Shown in pieces: positions 56,019 to 58,029 of a stretch of 58,029 nt of DNA; position 1 is the first letter of the stretch; every line of letters starts with the position of its first letter. Where the stretch lies: the sequence record SRR22947725_3534, one strand, 5' to 3'. The notes below the pieces were generated by a model. It worked only from the letters and a program-made list of their open reading frames with translations, did no database searches and was not told the origin of the DNA. Both the position numbers and the translations under genes were made by a program.

Positions 56019-58029
56019 ATAACCCCAAACGAGTACTGCTCTTAGGTGCGGGTGGAATGGGCATGGCTCCACTTGCCCTTTATCTGCATGGTGCTGGCGT
56101 TCAAGTGGAGGCTTATGATGATCGCTTTCGCGAGCCTCTACGCTCTCATTTACAAAGTGCTGGAATCGATGTACTTAGCGAACCCACTCCATTAAATAAA
56201 CCCGATTGTATTATTCGATCGAGTGCCATTCCCTTAAATAATAAGGGGGTCCAAGGTTGGGTTGCCCAGAATATCCCGGTTTATCAACGAGGTGAATTCC
56301 TAGCTCGTTTTACGGCCAAAAAGAAGTTTTTGGCTGTTGTAGGCAGTCATGGAAAGACAAGCACTACCGGTATGCTCTGTTGGGCATTAGATCAGGTGGG
56401 ATTCCAGTTTTCTTATCTAGTGGGGGGAATGTTTACCGATAATCAACTTCCTTCTGGGCGCTATGTTAAAGAGAGCTGGGTCATTTGCGAGGTGGATGAA
56501 AGTGATGGCACGATTGATTATTTCACACCCTCCGTAACCTTGGCGTTGAACTGTGATTGGGATCATGTCGATCAGTATGATTCAAAAGATTCCATGGGAG
56601 AAACCTTTCGCACATTATTTTCACGGACCACTTCTTCAATCATTACCCCCACGAATTCGGAACTGTCTGAATGGGCAAAGCTTGAAAATGAGTCCCTGTT
56701 GTCGACTTTTGATTTAAAGAGCGAACCTTCTGCATTCTTAGAAAATAACATTGCCGCTGTGGTTGCGGCAGGAAAAGTATTGGAGGTTGATTTATCCACA
56801 TTGGACTACAGTAAATTTCCTGGGATCGAACGTAGACAATCAATACTCCACCAAAGCCCGACCCGGACAATTGTAGAAGACTATGCCCATCACCCCACAG
56901 AAATTAATGCATTTCTGAGCCGGCGTCGATTGGTACTTCCCCAGCATTCCTTACAAGTTGTATTTCAGCCTCATCGATTTTCCCGGACCCAAGCATTAGC
57001 CCAGAACTTTGCGGAAGAGTTATCTCAGGCAGATGATCTTCACCTCCTTCCGACCTATGCCGCATTCGAAGAATTTGATCCGGCAGGTTCTGTAGAGAGC
57101 TTGGTTGGTTATTTACCACCACGGCTTCGGGAACATACCAACATCTTTTCCGATTTCACACAACTGTGTGACGAATTAGGACCCACTCCCTTAGAGAATA
57201 AAAAAGATCAAATTCTTTTTGTGGGGGCGGGAGATTTAGAAAAGTGGGCCCATGGTTTTTCGGCTTGGGAAAAAGCGAAAGGTAATAAATTGGATGCATT
57301 TTCTTACTACCTCGAAAAGAAGTTGTCGAAAAGTACTATTCTTCGTTCCTACGAACCATTGGCAAATAAAACCACAATAGGAGTGGGGGGAAGTGCAAGA
57401 TGGTACGCAGAACCCGCCCACTCGGAAGATCTGCGTTCCTTGGTGGAGGCATGTAAACTTTTTAATATCCCCCGCGCAATGATGGGGCGGGGATCCAATT
57501 TAATTGTACCCGATGATGGATTTGGTGGACTTGTCCTTCGCTTGCGTGGAAAATTTTGGAAAGAAATTACTTTCCGCGCCGAAGAATCCCTCGTGGTCGG
57601 AGCGGGTGCACGGTTAAATGAAATTTGTAGTTTTGCCTGCTTAAATGGCTTAAAAGGATTTGAATTTTTAGAAGGAATTCCCGGTACATTAGGAGGTGCA
57701 TTGCGAATGAATGCAGGGGCAATGGGCTGGGAAACATTTGACCTTGTCGAATGGGTTTCCTTTCTATTACCAGACGGAAGTATTCGGGAAATCCTCGGTA
57801 CCGATTTAAATGTGGGATATCGATATTGCCGGGAAGCATTTGACGGAATTGCACTGCGGGCCAAGCTCAAATCGGAAGGGAAGTCCGATCACAGGGCAAT
57901 TCGTAAAGCCATTGAGAAATTGGCGAAGCGCCGGCGCTCGACACAGCCTCGGGAAGCAAGTGCGGGTTGTATTTTTCGTAACCCGGAAGATGTTTCCGCT
58001 GGTTTCCTCATTGAAGACAGTGGATTGAA
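56015..58029 (+). CDS. murC: MurC-MurB fusion (UDP-MurNAc--L-Ala ligase + UDP-GlcNAc-enolpyruvate reductase), 3'-partial
   Basis: Absent from the ORF track because no stop occurs before the window ends. Read manually: MNNPKRVLLLGAGGMGM, GSHGKTSTT, DESDG, DYAHHPTE, FQPHRFSRT, then in the same frame EPLANKTTIGVGG, GRGSN, GIPGTLGGALRMNAGA, SAGCIFRNP. Confidence 0.93.
   Translation, partial: MNNPKRVLLLGAGGMGMAPLALYLHGAGVQVEAYDDRFREPLRSHLQSAGIDVLSEPTPLNKPDCIIRSSAIPLNNKGVQGWVAQNIPVYQRGEFLARFTAKKKFLAVVGSHGKTSTTGMLCWALDQVGFQFSYLVGGMFTDNQLPSGRYVKESWVICEVDESDGTIDYFTPSVTLALNCDWDHVDQYDSKDSMGETFRTLFSRTTSSIITPTNSELSEWAKLENESLLSTFDLKSEPSAFLENNIAAVVAAGKVLEVDLSTLDYSKFPGIERRQSILHQSPTRTIVEDYAHHPTEINAFLSRRRLVLPQHSLQVVFQPHRFSRTQALAQNFAEELSQADDLHLLPTYAAFEEFDPAGSVESLVGYLPPRLREHTNIFSDFTQLCDELGPTPLENKKDQILFVGAGDLEKWAHGFSAWEKAKGNKLDAFSYYLEKKLSKSTILRSYEPLANKTTIGVGGSARWYAEPAHSEDLRSLVEACKLFNIPRAMMGRGSNLIVPDDGFGGLVLRLRGKFWKEITFRAEESLVVGAGARLNEICSFACLNGLKGFEFLEGIPGTLGGALRMNAGAMGWETFDLVEWVSFLLPDGSIREILGTDLNVGYRYCREAFDGIALRAKLKSEGKSDHRAIRKAIEKLAKRRRSTQPREASAGCIFRNPEDVSAGFLIEDSGL

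Overview
Bacterial chromosomal segment, about 40-45% GC by eye. It is most likely from a Verrucomicrobiota (Opitutae-like) genome; this is inferred from the dcw cluster with a LysM gene between murD and ftsW, a MurC-MurB fusion, and several PVC-type hypothetical families. Housekeeping content: dnaE, rpsU, lysS, cytochrome c biogenesis system II, ychF, tRNA-His, waaA, trpA, miaA, NAD kinase, tlyA, and mraZ-rsmH-ftsL-ftsI-murE-murF-mraY-murD-lysM-ftsW-murG-murC/B. Two accessory loci stand out. (1) Between rpsU and lysS lies a two-gene module: a TPR-S(DUF4071-like)-SLOG-class III nucleotide cyclase with non-canonical base-specificity residues, followed by a TIR-FGE/SUMF1 fusion. This is a candidate cyclic-nucleotide/NAD+ conflict or anti-phage system. 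(2) The first ~9.6 kb encode an ExbB/MotA-like channel, two different Asp-bearing coiled-coil partners, a frameshift-split membrane-anchored Ig/TSP3/vWA/YHS protein, a prenyltransferase/squalene-cyclase-fold protein and a secreted NPF-repeat protein. Candidate RNA elements are an anti-Shine-Dalgarno pseudoknot/terminator at 6704-6760, a structured mraZ-rsmH spacer, and a strong hairpin inside murF. All calls come from reading the sequence; no database searches were run.
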